From positions 603-64,602 of the forward strand of contig JACWEA010000003.1 of the NCBI GenBank assembly GCA_014653775.1: 64,000 nucleotides of DNA. Reading direction: 5' to 3'. Shown here piece after piece: positions 31,267-40,430 of the stretch. Source of the stretch: Pelagibacterales bacterium SAG-MED30 (GTDB taxonomy: Bacteria; Pseudomonadota; Alphaproteobacteria; Pelagibacterales; Pelagibacteraceae). The notes below the pieces were generated by a model. The model ran no database searches. It saw only the letters and a list, made by a program, of their open reading frames with translations, and was not told where the DNA came from. A program made the translations under genes and the position numbers. How positions within the stretch are numbered: the stretch's first letter is position 1; the number at the start of each line of letters is the position of its first letter.

Positions 31267-31968
31267 GTGAGTAATATTAGATTATTTTTTCCTGAAAGTT
31301 TATCAATTAATTTAACAGACAAACTTAATAAATCTCAATCTCATTATTTAGCTAAAGTAATGAGAATAAATATAGGTAAAAAATTTTCATTATTTAACCA
31401 AAATGGAGAATGGGAAGCTAAAATAACTAATATTACAAAAGGAATTGTAGAATTTTCTACAATAAAAAAATTAAGATCGAAGGACAATGAAAAAGAAATT
31501 TGGCTAGCATTTGCACCAATCAAATTTAATTATTTAAATTTAATGATACAAAAAGCTACTGAACTAGGAGTTTCAAAATTTATTCCAATTTTAACTGAAA
31601 GAACAATTGTTAGAAAAATAAATGAAAAAAGATTAAATAAAATTATTATAGAGGCATCAGAGCAAAGTAATAGATTAAAAGTTCCTAAATTAGATGAAAT
31701 TATAAAATTGGATAATTTTTTAAAATTTAATCATGAAACCAATATTATTTTTGGAGATTTGAATACAGATAATAAAAAAATAATTGTTAAGGGCACTGAA
31801 CCTTTATGCATACTTATAGGACCAGAAGGAGACTTTACTTTAAAAGAGAGAGAAAAAATTTTAAAACTTAAAAATATAATTCCATTAAAAATCAATGAAA
31901 ATATTTTAAGAGCAGAAACGGCTGCAATTTCGATTATATCAATTCTAACTTTTAAATTATTATCTTAA
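31267..31968 (+). CDS. rsmE: 16S rRNA m3U1498 methyltransferase
   Basis: QKATELGV, EASEQS, IGPEGDF, ILRAETA. Confidence 0.95.
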   Translation: MSNIRLFFPESLSINLTDKLNKSQSHYLAKVMRINIGKKFSLFNQNGEWEAKITNITKGIVEFSTIKKLRSKDNEKEIWLAFAPIKFNYLNLMIQKATELGVSKFIPILTERTIVRKINEKRLNKIIIEASEQSNRLKVPKLDEIIKLDNFLKFNHETNIIFGDLNTDNKKIIVKGTEPLCILIGPEGDFTLKEREKILKLKNIIPLKINENILRAETAAISIISILTFKLLS

Positions 31969-32550
31969 ATATTTGTTTATAGTTTTAAACATTTCTTTAA
32001 AATCTGCATGATGGCTAATTCGATCTAAATATTTTCCATTTTCTAATAATATTACAGATGAACTATGATTTATTAGATAATTTCCATCCTCTGCAAAAAT
32101 TTTTTCTGAAACAATTCCCCAGGATTTAGATAAAATGAATATCTTTTTGGGTTCCCCAGTAATTCCATAAATTTTATTCTCAAATAAATCTAAATAATCT
32201 TTAATAATTTTAGGAGTATCTCTTTCTGGGTCGATACTTATAAAAAATACTTTAAGCATTTCTTTCTTTTTTTTTTCTAGATCATTTATTACTAAATCTA
32301 AATTATGTAATGTCATAGGACAAACATCAGGACAATTAGTGAATCCAAAAAAAATTGCTGTTAAAGGACTTTCAAACGATTTTTCAGTAATTATATTATT
32401 GTTAACATCCTTAAGTGAAAATGATGAACCTTTAAAGGATGCGACATATTCATCTTTTTTGTTTTCGATTGATAAAAAAATTGGCAGTGTAATAAATAAA
32501 AAAATAAATAGGCAAACAGATATTATTACTATTGATGTCTTTAACTTCAT
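31960..32550 (-). CDS. Sco/SenC copper chaperone
   Basis: N-terminal TM, FFGFTNCPDVCP (CxxxC), SIDPERD, conserved His (INHSS). Confidence 0.93.
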   Translation of the reverse strand: MKLKTSIVIISVCLFIFLFITLPIFLSIENKKDEYVASFKGSSFSLKDVNNNIITEKSFESPLTAIFFGFTNCPDVCPMTLHNLDLVINDLEKKKKEMLKVFFISIDPERDTPKIIKDYLDLFENKIYGITGEPKKIFILSKSWGIVSEKIFAEDGNYLINHSSSVILLENGKYLDRISHHADFKEMFKTINKYLR

Positions 32551-32586
32551 TGTTGATATAATTAACTAAGTAATTATATAGGAACT

Positions 32587-33267
32587 ATGAGTAAATTGTT
32601 AAATAAACTTTTTAGCGCACTACTTGATAAGCCTTGGGAGAGCGAACAAGCTGCAATAGATAATGCTCATGAAGGAAAAACTTTTAATCTTTCAGTTCAA
32701 AAATCTGCAGTATTTATTGTTTTTGGAATTGCAACGGTTTTATTTAGCTTAGTATTTACAAGCTATCTTTATACTCTGCCGCCTGACCAAGATACTAAAT
32801 ATCTTTTAAGACCAAATTTGCTTTGGATAAATACTTTAATTCTTTTTTTTGTTACTTATTTTTTTAACAAGGTTACTAATGATCTAGAAAAAAAAGATAC
32901 CTCAAAAGTAAAAAAAAATCTTTTAATTATAGGTGGTTTAACTTACCTCTTTTTGTTTGGTCAGACATTTTTTTGGTTTCAATTATTGAAAAGTGGAAAT
33001 TATGTTTCGACTAATTCTTATTTTGCGAATTTTTATGTTTTTACAGCACTTCATGGTTTACATTTATTTGGAGGACTATTTTTTTGGGGAATTGTTTCAT
33101 CAAGAGTTTTAAAACTTGAACAAAATAAAATTTTAGAGCAGAAAAAAAACATATCAGCTTTATCTATATATTGGACTTACCTATTAATAGTTTGGCTAAT
33201 GTTTTTTTTAATGATTTATATTTTTAATGATTCATTTATTGCTTGGTGTAAATCTTTAATTTCTTAA
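32587..33267 (+). CDS. Heme-copper oxidase subunit III-like protein (CoxO-type)
   Basis: KPW near the N-terminus, LWINTLIL, TALHGLHLFGG, YWTYLLIVW; ~5 TM. Confidence 0.8.
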   Translation: MSKLLNKLFSALLDKPWESEQAAIDNAHEGKTFNLSVQKSAVFIVFGIATVLFSLVFTSYLYTLPPDQDTKYLLRPNLLWINTLILFFVTYFFNKVTNDLEKKDTSKVKKNLLIIGGLTYLFLFGQTFFWFQLLKSGNYVSTNSYFANFYVFTALHGLHLFGGLFFWGIVSSRVLKLEQNKILEQKKNISALSIYWTYLLIVWLMFFLMIYIFNDSFIAWCKSLIS

Positions 33268-33459
33268 TTATAAGAATAAAACTAAAATAATTCCTACTAC
33301 CGCAATAATTCCCAAAAGAATATTTACAGATTTTAAATATCTTTTTGTTTCAGGTTTAATTTCTTTCTTTGAAAATGCGCCTGCTCCAAAGGATATGACT
33401 AGAAAAAAAATGAGTATTAAAACGAGTATTGTTATTAAAATCCCTATCTTGCTCAGCAT
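33268..33459 (-). CDS. Small 2-TM membrane protein
   Basis: 63 aa, two hydrophobic helices around the basic loop KKEIKPETKRYLK; AAGGA upstream. Confidence 0.6.
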   Translation of the reverse strand: MLSKIGILITILVLILIFFLVISFGAGAFSKKEIKPETKRYLKSVNILLGIIAVVGIILVLFL

Positions 33460-33495
33460 AAATCCTTAATTACATCAGTTTATTTACTTTAAGTT

Positions 33496-33512
33496 TATGA
33501 CATTTTGTCATA
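33496..33512. promoter_or_regulatory. Inverted-repeat operator upstream of the oxidase subunit II gene (RegA/RegR-box-like)
   Basis: TATGACA-ttt-TGTCATA, perfect 7-bp arms, 34 nt upstream of the 33547 ATG. Confidence 0.55.
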
Positions 33513-33546
33513 GGTATTTATACTATTAATAAACTATATAAAAGCG

Positions 33547-34422
33547 ATGCACCCAGGTATAATATTTTTCTTAGTAATCTTAGGATCAGTACTTTTTCAT
33601 ATATTTACACCGTGGTATTGGACTGACATCGCCTCAAACTGGGGTGGAATGGACGATACAATTACTCTTACCTTTTGGATAGGTGGTGGTGTTTTTATAG
33701 CTGTATGTCTTTTCATGATTTACTGTGTTCTTAAGTTTTCATACAAAAAAGATCGAAAAGTAGAATATAAACCTGAGGATAAAAAATTAGAAAAAATTTT
33801 AACGTGGGCAACTACAATAGGTGTAGCTGCTCTTTTAGCTCCTGGGCTTATTATATGGAATCAATATGTATCAGTTCCAAAAAACGCACTTGAGATTGAT
33901 GTAATGGCATGGCAGTGGGGATGGCAGTATAGATTACCTGGTGAAGATGGAAAGCTTGGAACCACTCAAGTAATCAATATAAATGATGATAATCCTTTTG
34001 GAATTAATTTAGATGATCCTTATGGACAAGATGATGTGTTGATACAGAGTGACTTAATAAATTTAGAAACTAATCAACCAGTTAAAATATTATTAAGGTC
34101 AGTTGATGTACTTCATAATTGGTATGTTCCACAATTTAGAGCAAAAATGGATGCTGTTCCAGGAATTGTGACGTATTATTGGTTTGAACCAAATAAAATT
34201 GGTGAGTATGAGGTTTTGTGTGCAGAATATTGTGGTATAGGACATTATGCTATGAGAGGTGGAGTTGAGGTTCAAAGCTCTATAGATTATAAAAAATGGC
34301 TTTCAGAACAAGAAACTTTTAAAGAATTGATTGCAAAACAACAAAAAATTGAATTTGGAAATAAAAAGATAGTTAAAAATAATAATTTTCTTTTAAATAA
34401 AGAAATATATAAAGAAGAATAA
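33547..34422 (+). CDS. coxB: Cytochrome c oxidase subunit II (CoxM-type)
   Basis: CuA ligands DVLHNW and CAEYCGIGHYAM; WQWGW; N-terminus GSVLFH..PWYWT.IASNWG resembles CoxM. Confidence 0.92.
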   Translation: MHPGIIFFLVILGSVLFHIFTPWYWTDIASNWGGMDDTITLTFWIGGGVFIAVCLFMIYCVLKFSYKKDRKVEYKPEDKKLEKILTWATTIGVAALLAPGLIIWNQYVSVPKNALEIDVMAWQWGWQYRLPGEDGKLGTTQVININDDNPFGINLDDPYGQDDVLIQSDLINLETNQPVKILLRSVDVLHNWYVPQFRAKMDAVPGIVTYYWFEPNKIGEYEVLCAEYCGIGHYAMRGGVEVQSSIDYKKWLSEQETFKELIAKQQKIEFGNKKIVKNNNFLLNKEIYKEE

Positions 34423-34425
34423 TTT

Positions 34426-36273
34426 ATGTCAGACGAATACGAAAATAAAACAGGATACCAAGCTCAATCTTCAGAAACTATTTCTTCAGGTAGTGGCGGA
34501 GGATCAAGAACTGCTTCCGACATAGATTATGTAAGACCCGCAGAAGTAACAGATCAAGATTTATATCATGGACATAGTTTTATTACTAAATGGGTTTTTT
34601 GTCAGGATGCAAAAGTTATTGGAGTCCAGTATTTTCTTTTAGCTACTTTTACAGGAGTTGTTGGACTAATTTTATCATGGTTAATGCGTTTACAATTAGG
34701 TTTTCCAGGAGCAGCTGGTTTTATGACAGCAGAGCATTACTATCAGTTTGTTACTATGCATGGAATGATTATGGTTGTTTATTTTTTAACAGCACTTTTC
34801 CTAGGGGGATTTGGTAATTATTTAATTCCTTTGATGGTTGGAGCAAGAGATATGGTTTTTCCTTATCTCAACATGGTAAGTTTTTGGTCTTTTTTTGTAG
34901 CTGTTGGTGTTTTATTAGCAAGCTTTTTTGTTCCAGGAGGACCTACAGGAGCAGGGTGGACACTTTATCCACCTCAAACGATTTTAGAAGGAACACCAGG
35001 AAGTGGATGGGGAATATTATTGATGTGTATATCTTTAATATTATTTGTTGCTGGTTTTACAATGGGTGGACTTAATTATTTAATTACAGTTTTACAAGCA
35101 CGTACTAGAGGAATGACGTTAATGAGAATGCCACTTACTGTTTGGGGTATTTTTACAGCAACAGTTTTAGCTATGTTAGCTTTTCCTGCATTATTAGTAG
35201 GTGCATTAATGATGACTTTAGACAATGTGCTTGGAACAAGCTTTTTCATGCCAACTATAATACAAGCAGGTGAAATTTTAGAATACTCAGGAGGAAGTCC
35301 TATTCTTTTTCAACATTTATTCTGGTTTTTTGGACACCCTGAAGTTTATATAGTTGCGTTGCCAGCATTTGGAATAGTCTCAGACTTAATATCAGTTCAT
35401 TCTAGAAAAAATATATTTGGGTATAGAATGATGGTTTGGGCTATTGTTGGTATCGGAGGTTTAAGTTTTTTTGTATGGGCGCACCATATGTATGTTAGTG
35501 GAATGAATCCTTGGTTTGGTTTTTTCTTTGCCACTACAACACTTATAATAGCAATTCCCACTGCAATGAAAGTTTATAACTGGATTATAACTCTTTGGAG
35601 AGGAAATATAAGGCTTAATGTTGTAATGTTATGGTGTCTTGGTTTTATAGTCACTTTTGTAAATGGAGGTATCACTGGAATTTTCTTAGGAAATGTTAGT
35701 ATTGATGTTCCATTATCGGACACTTATTTTGTAGTTGCTCACTTCCATATGGTGATGGGTATTGCACCTCTAATGGTGATAATGGGAGCTGTTTATCATT
35801 GGTTCCCTCTAGTTGCAGGAAGATTTTTAAATGAAACATTAGGTAAATGGCACTTCTGGTTGACTTTTTTAGGCGCTTATTCGATATATTTCCCAATGCA
35901 TTATTTAGGATTTATTGGAGTGCCTAGAAGATATTTTGAAATGTATGATAGTCCGTATATGACTTCAGCTGTAGGAATGAATGAATTTATAAGTATGGCA
36001 GCTTTTATAGTTGGAGCTGCACAATTTATTTTAATTTTCAATATTATAAAAACTTTAAAGACAGGAAAATCAGCAGGATCTAATCCTTGGAAAGCAAATT
36101 CACTAGAATGGCTAACCCCTTCAGTGCCTCCAGAACATGGAAATTGGGGAGACAAACTTCCAGTAGTACATAGATGGCCTTATGACTTTAATGTTCCAGG
36201 TGCTAAAGAAGACTTTATTACTCAAACTACACCACCAAGTGATGTTGTAGGAACTGAGGTAGAAAAAACATAA
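34426..36273 (+). CDS. coxA: Cytochrome c oxidase subunit I (CoxN-type, A1 family)
   Basis: TMHGMIM, GARDMVFP (D channel), GHPEVY, WAHHMY, PTAMK (K channel), AHFHMV; PAEV.D..LYH N-terminus as in CoxN. Confidence 0.95.
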   Translation: MSDEYENKTGYQAQSSETISSGSGGGSRTASDIDYVRPAEVTDQDLYHGHSFITKWVFCQDAKVIGVQYFLLATFTGVVGLILSWLMRLQLGFPGAAGFMTAEHYYQFVTMHGMIMVVYFLTALFLGGFGNYLIPLMVGARDMVFPYLNMVSFWSFFVAVGVLLASFFVPGGPTGAGWTLYPPQTILEGTPGSGWGILLMCISLILFVAGFTMGGLNYLITVLQARTRGMTLMRMPLTVWGIFTATVLAMLAFPALLVGALMMTLDNVLGTSFFMPTIIQAGEILEYSGGSPILFQHLFWFFGHPEVYIVALPAFGIVSDLISVHSRKNIFGYRMMVWAIVGIGGLSFFVWAHHMYVSGMNPWFGFFFATTTLIIAIPTAMKVYNWIITLWRGNIRLNVVMLWCLGFIVTFVNGGITGIFLGNVSIDVPLSDTYFVVAHFHMVMGIAPLMVIMGAVYHWFPLVAGRFLNETLGKWHFWLTFLGAYSIYFPMHYLGFIGVPRRYFEMYDSPYMTSAVGMNEFISMAAFIVGAAQFILIFNIIKTLKTGKSAGSNPWKANSLEWLTPSVPPEHGNWGDKLPVVHRWPYDFNVPGAKEDFITQTTPPSDVVGTEVEKT

Positions 36274-36282
36274 GCTAAAAAA

Positions 36283-36993
36283 ATGTCAGACCCAAAAATA
36301 GATGGATTAGAACTTAAACCTGGATTTAAGGGGATGTCCGAAGATACAGGATCTGATCAAACAATGTTCAAAGGAGTTCATTGGGGTAAAGCGATGATGT
36401 GGATCTTTCTATTAAGTGATACATTTATATTTAGTTGTTTTTTGATTTCATACATGAAGGGAAGAGGATCAACTTTAGTTGATTGGCCAAATGCAAGTCA
36501 GGTTTTTGGGCTACATGTTTTTGGTGTTGAGGTTCCTTTATTACTTATTGCAATTATGACATTTGTTCTAATTACAAGTAGTGGAACTATGGCTCTTGCA
36601 GTGAAATATGGTTATGAAAAAAACAGAAAGATGTGTGGTTGGTTAATATTAGCTACAGCAGTAGGAGGATTAATTTTTGTTGGAATGCAAGCTTTTGAAT
36701 GGTCAAAATTAATTAGTGAAGGAGTAAGACCTTGGGAAAATCCATTTGGAGCCCCACAATTTGGCTCATTTTTCTTTATGATAACAGGATTTCATGGCAC
36801 TCACGTTTCAATAGGTGTTATTTTTTTATTTATCTATGCTTATAAAACTTTTGCAGGTCATTATGATGATAGTAAAAGAGGATGGTTTACATCAATGAAA
36901 GGTGATTATGTTGAAATAGAAATTCTAGGATTATACTGGCACTTTGTAGATTTAGTATGGGTATTTATTTTTGCATTTTTTTATTTATGGTAA
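36283..36993 (+). CDS. coxC: Cytochrome c oxidase subunit III (CoxP-type)
   Basis: WGKAMMWIFLLSDTFIF, TGFHGTHV, GLYWHFVDLVWVFIF. Confidence 0.9.
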   Translation: MSDPKIDGLELKPGFKGMSEDTGSDQTMFKGVHWGKAMMWIFLLSDTFIFSCFLISYMKGRGSTLVDWPNASQVFGLHVFGVEVPLLLIAIMTFVLITSSGTMALAVKYGYEKNRKMCGWLILATAVGGLIFVGMQAFEWSKLISEGVRPWENPFGAPQFGSFFFMITGFHGTHVSIGVIFLFIYAYKTFAGHYDDSKRGWFTSMKGDYVEIEILGLYWHFVDLVWVFIFAFFYLW

Positions 36994-37001
36994 GTTAAAT
37001 T

Positions 37002-37340
37002 ATGAGCGAAATAAAAGAAAAAGAACAATCAACTACTCATAAGATAGGGATATATCTTTGGATATGGGGTTTATTATTTGTTTTAAGTTTCTTTTCATAC
37101 ATGGTGGACTGGTATCAGTTTCAAGGCATGCTTAGATGGTCTTTAATTTTAGTATTTATGTTTGCAAAAGCTGGATTAATTATGGCTTTTTTTATGCATT
37201 TGTATTGGGAGCGATATGCACTTGTAAACGTTCTTTTGTGGCCAATGACAGCAATAGCGTGTTTTATTTTTCTGATGGTTGCAGAATTTGAATATACTGT
37301 CTTTACAAGACTATTTTATTTTGTTGTTGGAGGACAATAA
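37002..37340 (+). CDS. Prokaryotic cytochrome c oxidase subunit IV family protein
   Basis: YLWIWGLLFVLS, KAGLIMAFFMHL..E; 3 TM. Confidence 0.85.
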   Translation: MSEIKEKEQSTTHKIGIYLWIWGLLFVLSFFSYMVDWYQFQGMLRWSLILVFMFAKAGLIMAFFMHLYWERYALVNVLLWPMTAIACFIFLMVAEFEYTVFTRLFYFVVGGQ

Positions 37341-37343
37341 TTT

Positions 37344-37610
37344 ATGACTGGATATACTATTTTAGGTGGATTTTTAATATTTTTTTTATTTTTCATTTAT
37401 TTAACTTGGTTTGGTTTTTCAATAAAAGTTGAAAATGATAAAAATAGTGAAGATTCAAAAATAAAAATAAACCCATATGATAATTTACCTCTTAGTAGGA
37501 AATTTATCGATAAAAAAAATCAACAAATAGGATTTTTCGATTTAGGCAATCATATTCTCATTATTGGAATGATATTGTTTATAATATTTGTTGTAATAAA
37601 CGCTAGTTAG
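37344..37610 (+). CDS. Small 2-TM membrane protein within the cox operon
   Basis: 88-aa ORF packed between subunit IV and ctaB with 2-3 nt gaps; hydrophobic ends. Confidence 0.65.
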   Translation: MTGYTILGGFLIFFLFFIYLTWFGFSIKVENDKNSEDSKIKINPYDNLPLSRKFIDKKNQQIGFFDLGNHILIIGMILFIIFVVINAS

Positions 37611-37612
37611 TT

Positions 37613-38530
37613 TTGTCCAATATAGTTAGAAAAAGAGCTGTTTCAATATTACTATTAGATTTAGGAATCTTTATTAAGTCTCTTTACTTGTTGATGAAAC
37701 CAAGAGTTATGTCTCTAGTTATATTTACTTGTACAGTAGGCTTATTGACTTCTCCAAACCAAATTTCTCTGTTTAACTCTTTAATTAGTATTTTTTTTGT
37801 AGCTATGGGTGCCGGAGCTGCAGGAACTTTAAATATGTGGTATGAGGCTGATTTAGATAGTTTAATGACAAGAACATGTCTTAGACCTATTCCAACAGGA
37901 AAAATTAATAAAGATTATGCTTTAATATATGGAATAATTTTATCTATTGTTTCAATTTTTGGACTTTATTACTTTTCTAATATTTTATCAGCTACACTAT
38001 TGTTTATAACAATTGCATTTTATGTTTTTGTTTACACTATCTGGTTAAAAAGAAAGACCCCTCAAAATATTGTTATTGGTGGGGCTGCGGGTGCATTACC
38101 TCCCGTTATAGGATGGACAATTGCAACAAACTCCTTAACCTTTGAACCAATTACATTTTTTTTAATTATATTTTATTGGACACCATCTCATTTTTGGGCA
38201 TTGAGTCTTTATAAAGCTAAAGACTATGCAAAAGCAAAAATTCCAATGTTACCTAATACGAATGGGGTAGAAGAGACAAAGAAAAAAATCTTTGTTTATT
38301 CTTTATTCATGATTCCTGTAATTTTGATCCCTTATGCTATAGGTTTTAGTGGAAAATTATACTTATTTATCTCTTTATCTCTTACTCTATACTACAACTA
38401 TATTTGTTATGATTTATACAAATATAGAAAAAATAAATTTGAATTAAAAAAGGCAAAAAAAGTATTTGCTTATTCAATTTTCTATTTATTTTTGATCTTT
38501 GTATTATTTTTAGTGGATAATTTAATTTAG
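37613..38530 (+). CDS. ctaB: Protoheme IX farnesyltransferase (heme O synthase)
   Basis: LMKPRVMSL, D..M.RT..RPIPTG, YTIWLKRKTPQNIVIGGAAG, WTPSHFWAL; start uncertain (TTG). Confidence 0.95.
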   Translation: MSNIVRKRAVSILLLDLGIFIKSLYLLMKPRVMSLVIFTCTVGLLTSPNQISLFNSLISIFFVAMGAGAAGTLNMWYEADLDSLMTRTCLRPIPTGKINKDYALIYGIILSIVSIFGLYYFSNILSATLLFITIAFYVFVYTIWLKRKTPQNIVIGGAAGALPPVIGWTIATNSLTFEPITFFLIIFYWTPSHFWALSLYKAKDYAKAKIPMLPNTNGVEETKKKIFVYSLFMIPVILIPYAIGFSGKLYLFISLSLTLYYNYICYDLYKYRKNKFELKKAKKVFAYSIFYLFLIFVLFLVDNLI

Positions 38531-38577
38531 ATATTGCGACTAAACAAAATTACATTAGAGTAAAAATAAACTCATAG

Positions 38578-39948
38578 ATGAAATATATTAGTACAAGAGA
38601 TAACACTAAAGAGTATAACTTTGAGCAAGTTTTCATAAAAGGATTAGCTGACGATGGTGGTCTTTATGTTCCAAAAACATTAAAAAAATTTAGTGCTGAG
38701 GAGTTAATAAAGCTTAAAAATTTAAACTATAATGCATTATCTACAGAGATAATTAGTTTATTTTCAGAAGATTTTATTTCAAAAGAAGAACTTTCATCTT
38801 TAATTAATAAATCATATTCAACATTTAGAGAGAAAGAAGTTGTTAAAATCTCAAATGTTGGAGAGATAAAATTATTAGAATTATTTCATGGTCCAACATT
38901 GGCTTTTAAAGATGTTGCAATGCAATTAATAGGAAATTTATATGAATATTATCTAAGTAAAAATAATAAAAAAATTAATATAGTTGTAGCAACATCTGGA
39001 GATACAGGTGCGGCGGCTATAGACGCTATTAAAGGAAAATCTAATTTAAATATTTTTGTTTTACATCCAAATAAAAGAATTTCTTCAGTTCAAAGAAAAT
39101 TAATGACTACAGTTGAAGAAAAGAACGTTTTTAATATTGCAATAGATGGAAATTTTGACGATTGTCAAAATATTGTAAAACAAATGTTTTCTGATTTAAA
39201 ATTTTCTAAATCTATAAATATGTCTGGAGTGAATTCAATAAATTGGGCAAGAATTATTGCTCAATCAGTATATTATTTTTACACATATTTTAAGTTAAAT
39301 AAGGAGAGTGTTTCTTTCTCAGTTCCAACAGGAAACTTTGGTGATGTTTTTGCTGGTTATATTTCAAAAAAAATGGGACTACCAATTGATAAATTTATAG
39401 TTGCAACAAATGAAAATGACATTTTGTATAGAGCTATCTCAAAAGGAGACTATATTTCAAAAAAGGTAAAAGAAACAATTTCACCCAGTATGGATATTCA
39501 ATTAGCAAGTAACTTTGAAAGATTAATTTATTATATTAATAACTCTAATTCTGAAATTACAGCAGATATAATGAAAAAAATTAAAGAAAATTCTTATCAG
39601 ATTGATAAATCAAGTTTAGAAATAATCCAAAAAGATTTTTTGTCTGAAAGTTGTAATAAAGAAGAAACTCTAAGTATTATTAAAAAAAATTACGAAGAAA
39701 ATGATAAAATATTGGACCCACATACTGCAGTTGGAGTAGGAGCTGCAAAAAAATTATCTATTAAAGATTGTGTGGTTTTATCAACTGCTCATCCAAGTAA
39801 ATTCCCAGATGCTATAAATCTTGCAATAAATAAGAGTGAAAAGTTACCTCAGGAATTAGAATATTTATTAGATAAAGATGAAAACTTTGAAGTTTTAAAA
39901 AACAATACAGAGGAAGTTAAACAGTTTATAAAGAAAAGAATAAAATGA
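38578..39948 (+). CDS. thrC: Threonine synthase
   Basis: MKYISTR, ELFHGPTLAFKD, ATSGDTG, VNSINWAR, VPTGNFG. Confidence 0.97.
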   Translation: MKYISTRDNTKEYNFEQVFIKGLADDGGLYVPKTLKKFSAEELIKLKNLNYNALSTEIISLFSEDFISKEELSSLINKSYSTFREKEVVKISNVGEIKLLELFHGPTLAFKDVAMQLIGNLYEYYLSKNNKKINIVVATSGDTGAAAIDAIKGKSNLNIFVLHPNKRISSVQRKLMTTVEEKNVFNIAIDGNFDDCQNIVKQMFSDLKFSKSINMSGVNSINWARIIAQSVYYFYTYFKLNKESVSFSVPTGNFGDVFAGYISKKMGLPIDKFIVATNENDILYRAISKGDYISKKVKETISPSMDIQLASNFERLIYYINNSNSEITADIMKKIKENSYQIDKSSLEIIQKDFLSESCNKEETLSIIKKNYEENDKILDPHTAVGVGAAKKLSIKDCVVLSTAHPSKFPDAINLAINKSEKLPQELEYLLDKDENFEVLKNNTEEVKQFIKKRIK

Positions 39949-40430
39949 AAATAAAAGAAAATGATAAGATTCCAAATTCAGAAGTTTTTATTTTAGAAAA
40001 TGGTGAGCCAATTAAAAAAAATATTGAAGAATTTTTAAGGAATAAAAAAACTATACTTTTTGGTTTACCAGGTGCATACACTTCAGTTTGTTCAGCAAAA
40101 CATTTACCAGGATATGTTAAAATGTATGATCGATATAAAGATAAGGGCATAGATCAGATTATTTGTATTTCTGTAAATGATCCATTTGTTATGAATGCTT
40201 GGGGAAAAGAAAATAACGTTACTAATAAAATTATTATGATGAGTGATCCTTTTTTAAATTTTACTAAAGCTATTGGAGCTGAAGTAGATAAAAGTGCTAG
40301 AGGACTTGGTATGAGATCTAATAGATATACAATGTTGATTAAAGATTTGAGTATTATTAAAATACAATTAGAAAAAGAAACAGGTTCCTGTGAAATTTCA
40401 GCAGCAGAAAACTTTTTGAAACTAATCTAG
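39945..40430 (+). CDS. Peroxiredoxin (Prx5 family)
   Basis: PGAYTSVCSAKHLPGY, SVNDPFVMNAW, RSNRY. Confidence 0.93.
   Translation: MKIKENDKIPNSEVFILENGEPIKKNIEEFLRNKKTILFGLPGAYTSVCSAKHLPGYVKMYDRYKDKGIDQIICISVNDPFVMNAWGKENNVTNKIIMMSDPFLNFTKAIGAEVDKSARGLGMRSNRYTMLIKDLSIIKIQLEKETGSCEISAAENFLKLI

Noticed and set aside
34426-34520. Ser/Gly-rich N-terminal extension on oxidase subunit I (SSETISSGSGGGS)
   Set aside because: Short low-complexity cytoplasmic leader with no motif suggesting function, so not raised as a separate finding.
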